This document shows, in pieces, positions 63,323 through 64,000 of a stretch of DNA of 64,000 bases. Positions within the stretch are counted from its first letter, which is position 1, and each line of letters starts with the position of its first letter. This stretch comes from Octopus sinensis. Taxonomy: Eukaryota. The notes under the pieces are model-generated. The model was not told the origin of the DNA. It ran no database searches and saw only the letters and a program-made list of their open reading frames with translations. The DNA lies in NCBI RefSeq assembly GCF_006345805.1, contig NC_043013.1, positions 3,224,001 to 3,288,000 on the forward strand. Direction: 5' to 3'. The position numbers and the translations under genes are program-made.

Positions 63323-63505
63323 CAATTGCAGCGTGGAAGGTGTTTGTAAGCCATCCGTGCTGCAGCACGGATTTTTGTCAGTGAACAGGTCGCGGTCTTA
63401 AAGCGACGAAAATATTTTGACAAATTAAACTTAAATGTTGAAGTGAATCGAACGGCTTTTGTGTGTTTCTTAAATGGCTTACAAACACCTTCCACGCTGC
63501 AATTG
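63323..63505. repeat. Perfect 32-bp inverted repeat (119-bp spacer) with a perfect 20-bp palindrome at its inner left edge
   Basis: CAATTGCAGCGTGGAAGGTGTTTGTAAGCCAT (63323-63354) and its exact reverse complement (63474-63505); ATCCGTGCTGCAGCACGGAT at 63353-63372. Confidence 0.92.
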
Positions 63506-63699
63506 TTTTCGTTTCAGCACACGATCTCAGGTCAAGTCACTTGCTATGCAAGTACATCTCAGTTAACAAAGAGCCAGAAAAAAATGTGTCGATCACGCAG
63601 CAAATTAGAAATTGCACAAATTTTAATAGGTCTCGATGTGGAACGGATGTTAGGTGGAACCTCAAGCCCAGAAAGACTAAAGATGAAGATGATTACATT

Positions 63700-64000
63700 A
63701 AAAAATTAAAAGAAAAATAAAGAAGTAGGGTATAAAGAATGTTGAGGAAGGCGAAAGGGTAAAATAAGAGGAGATAGAGGGAAAGGAAAAGGATAAGAAA
63801 AGGAAGAATCTAACGGAGAACAAAGAAGGTAGGTTGACGATGAAGGGGGGAAGAGAGAGGAAAGAAAAGGAATAATAAAAGGAGGAGGAGTGTAGTAGCA
63901 AGAACAAAGCAGGAGTAAAGAGGAATAGAAAATAGGGGCAAAACAATAAAAAGAGATGGAAAATGAAGGAAATGAAGAAGAAAAGAAGAAGAAATATCAG
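63700..64000. repeat. Purine-rich (GA/GAA) low-complexity tract
   Basis: Read directly. Confidence 0.85.

Overview
Eukaryotic, AT-rich, microsatellite-saturated DNA. The SINE, LINE and Tc1/mariner content looks like an octopus or other cephalopod genome; this is inferred from pattern recognition, with no database check. I found no host protein-coding exon, rRNA, true tRNA gene or CRISPR array that I can support. Nearly all ORFs in the supplied track are translations of simple repeats. The window is a transposon graveyard (intergenic or deep intronic). DNA transposons: at least six Tc1/mariner relics, one full length with TIRs and two internally deleted with both TIRs, plus a non-autonomous Helitron-like element. 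Retroelements: RTE-clade LINE 3' ends, R4/Dong-like and HERO-like restriction-endonuclease LINE fragments, gag-knuckle ORF1 relics, a deleted Gypsy LTR element nested in a mariner, and four or five tRNA-type SINE families (labelled A, B, C1/C2 and D here). There is a 100-N assembly gap at 10679-10778. The most notable structures are: (1) an RTE LINE copy with a twin-priming-type 5' inversion and TSD (35080-35556); (2) a fold-back inverted duplication nucleated at the internal (TA)n of a SINE (9936-10208); (3) near-identical Dong-like elements embedded in (TAA)n arrays; (4) SINEs with a shared head but swapped tails, and a SINE tail shared with longer LINE-like 3' ends; (5) a possible ORF1-only LINE derivative. 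Coordinates were counted by hand; element edges without TIR or TSD evidence are approximate.
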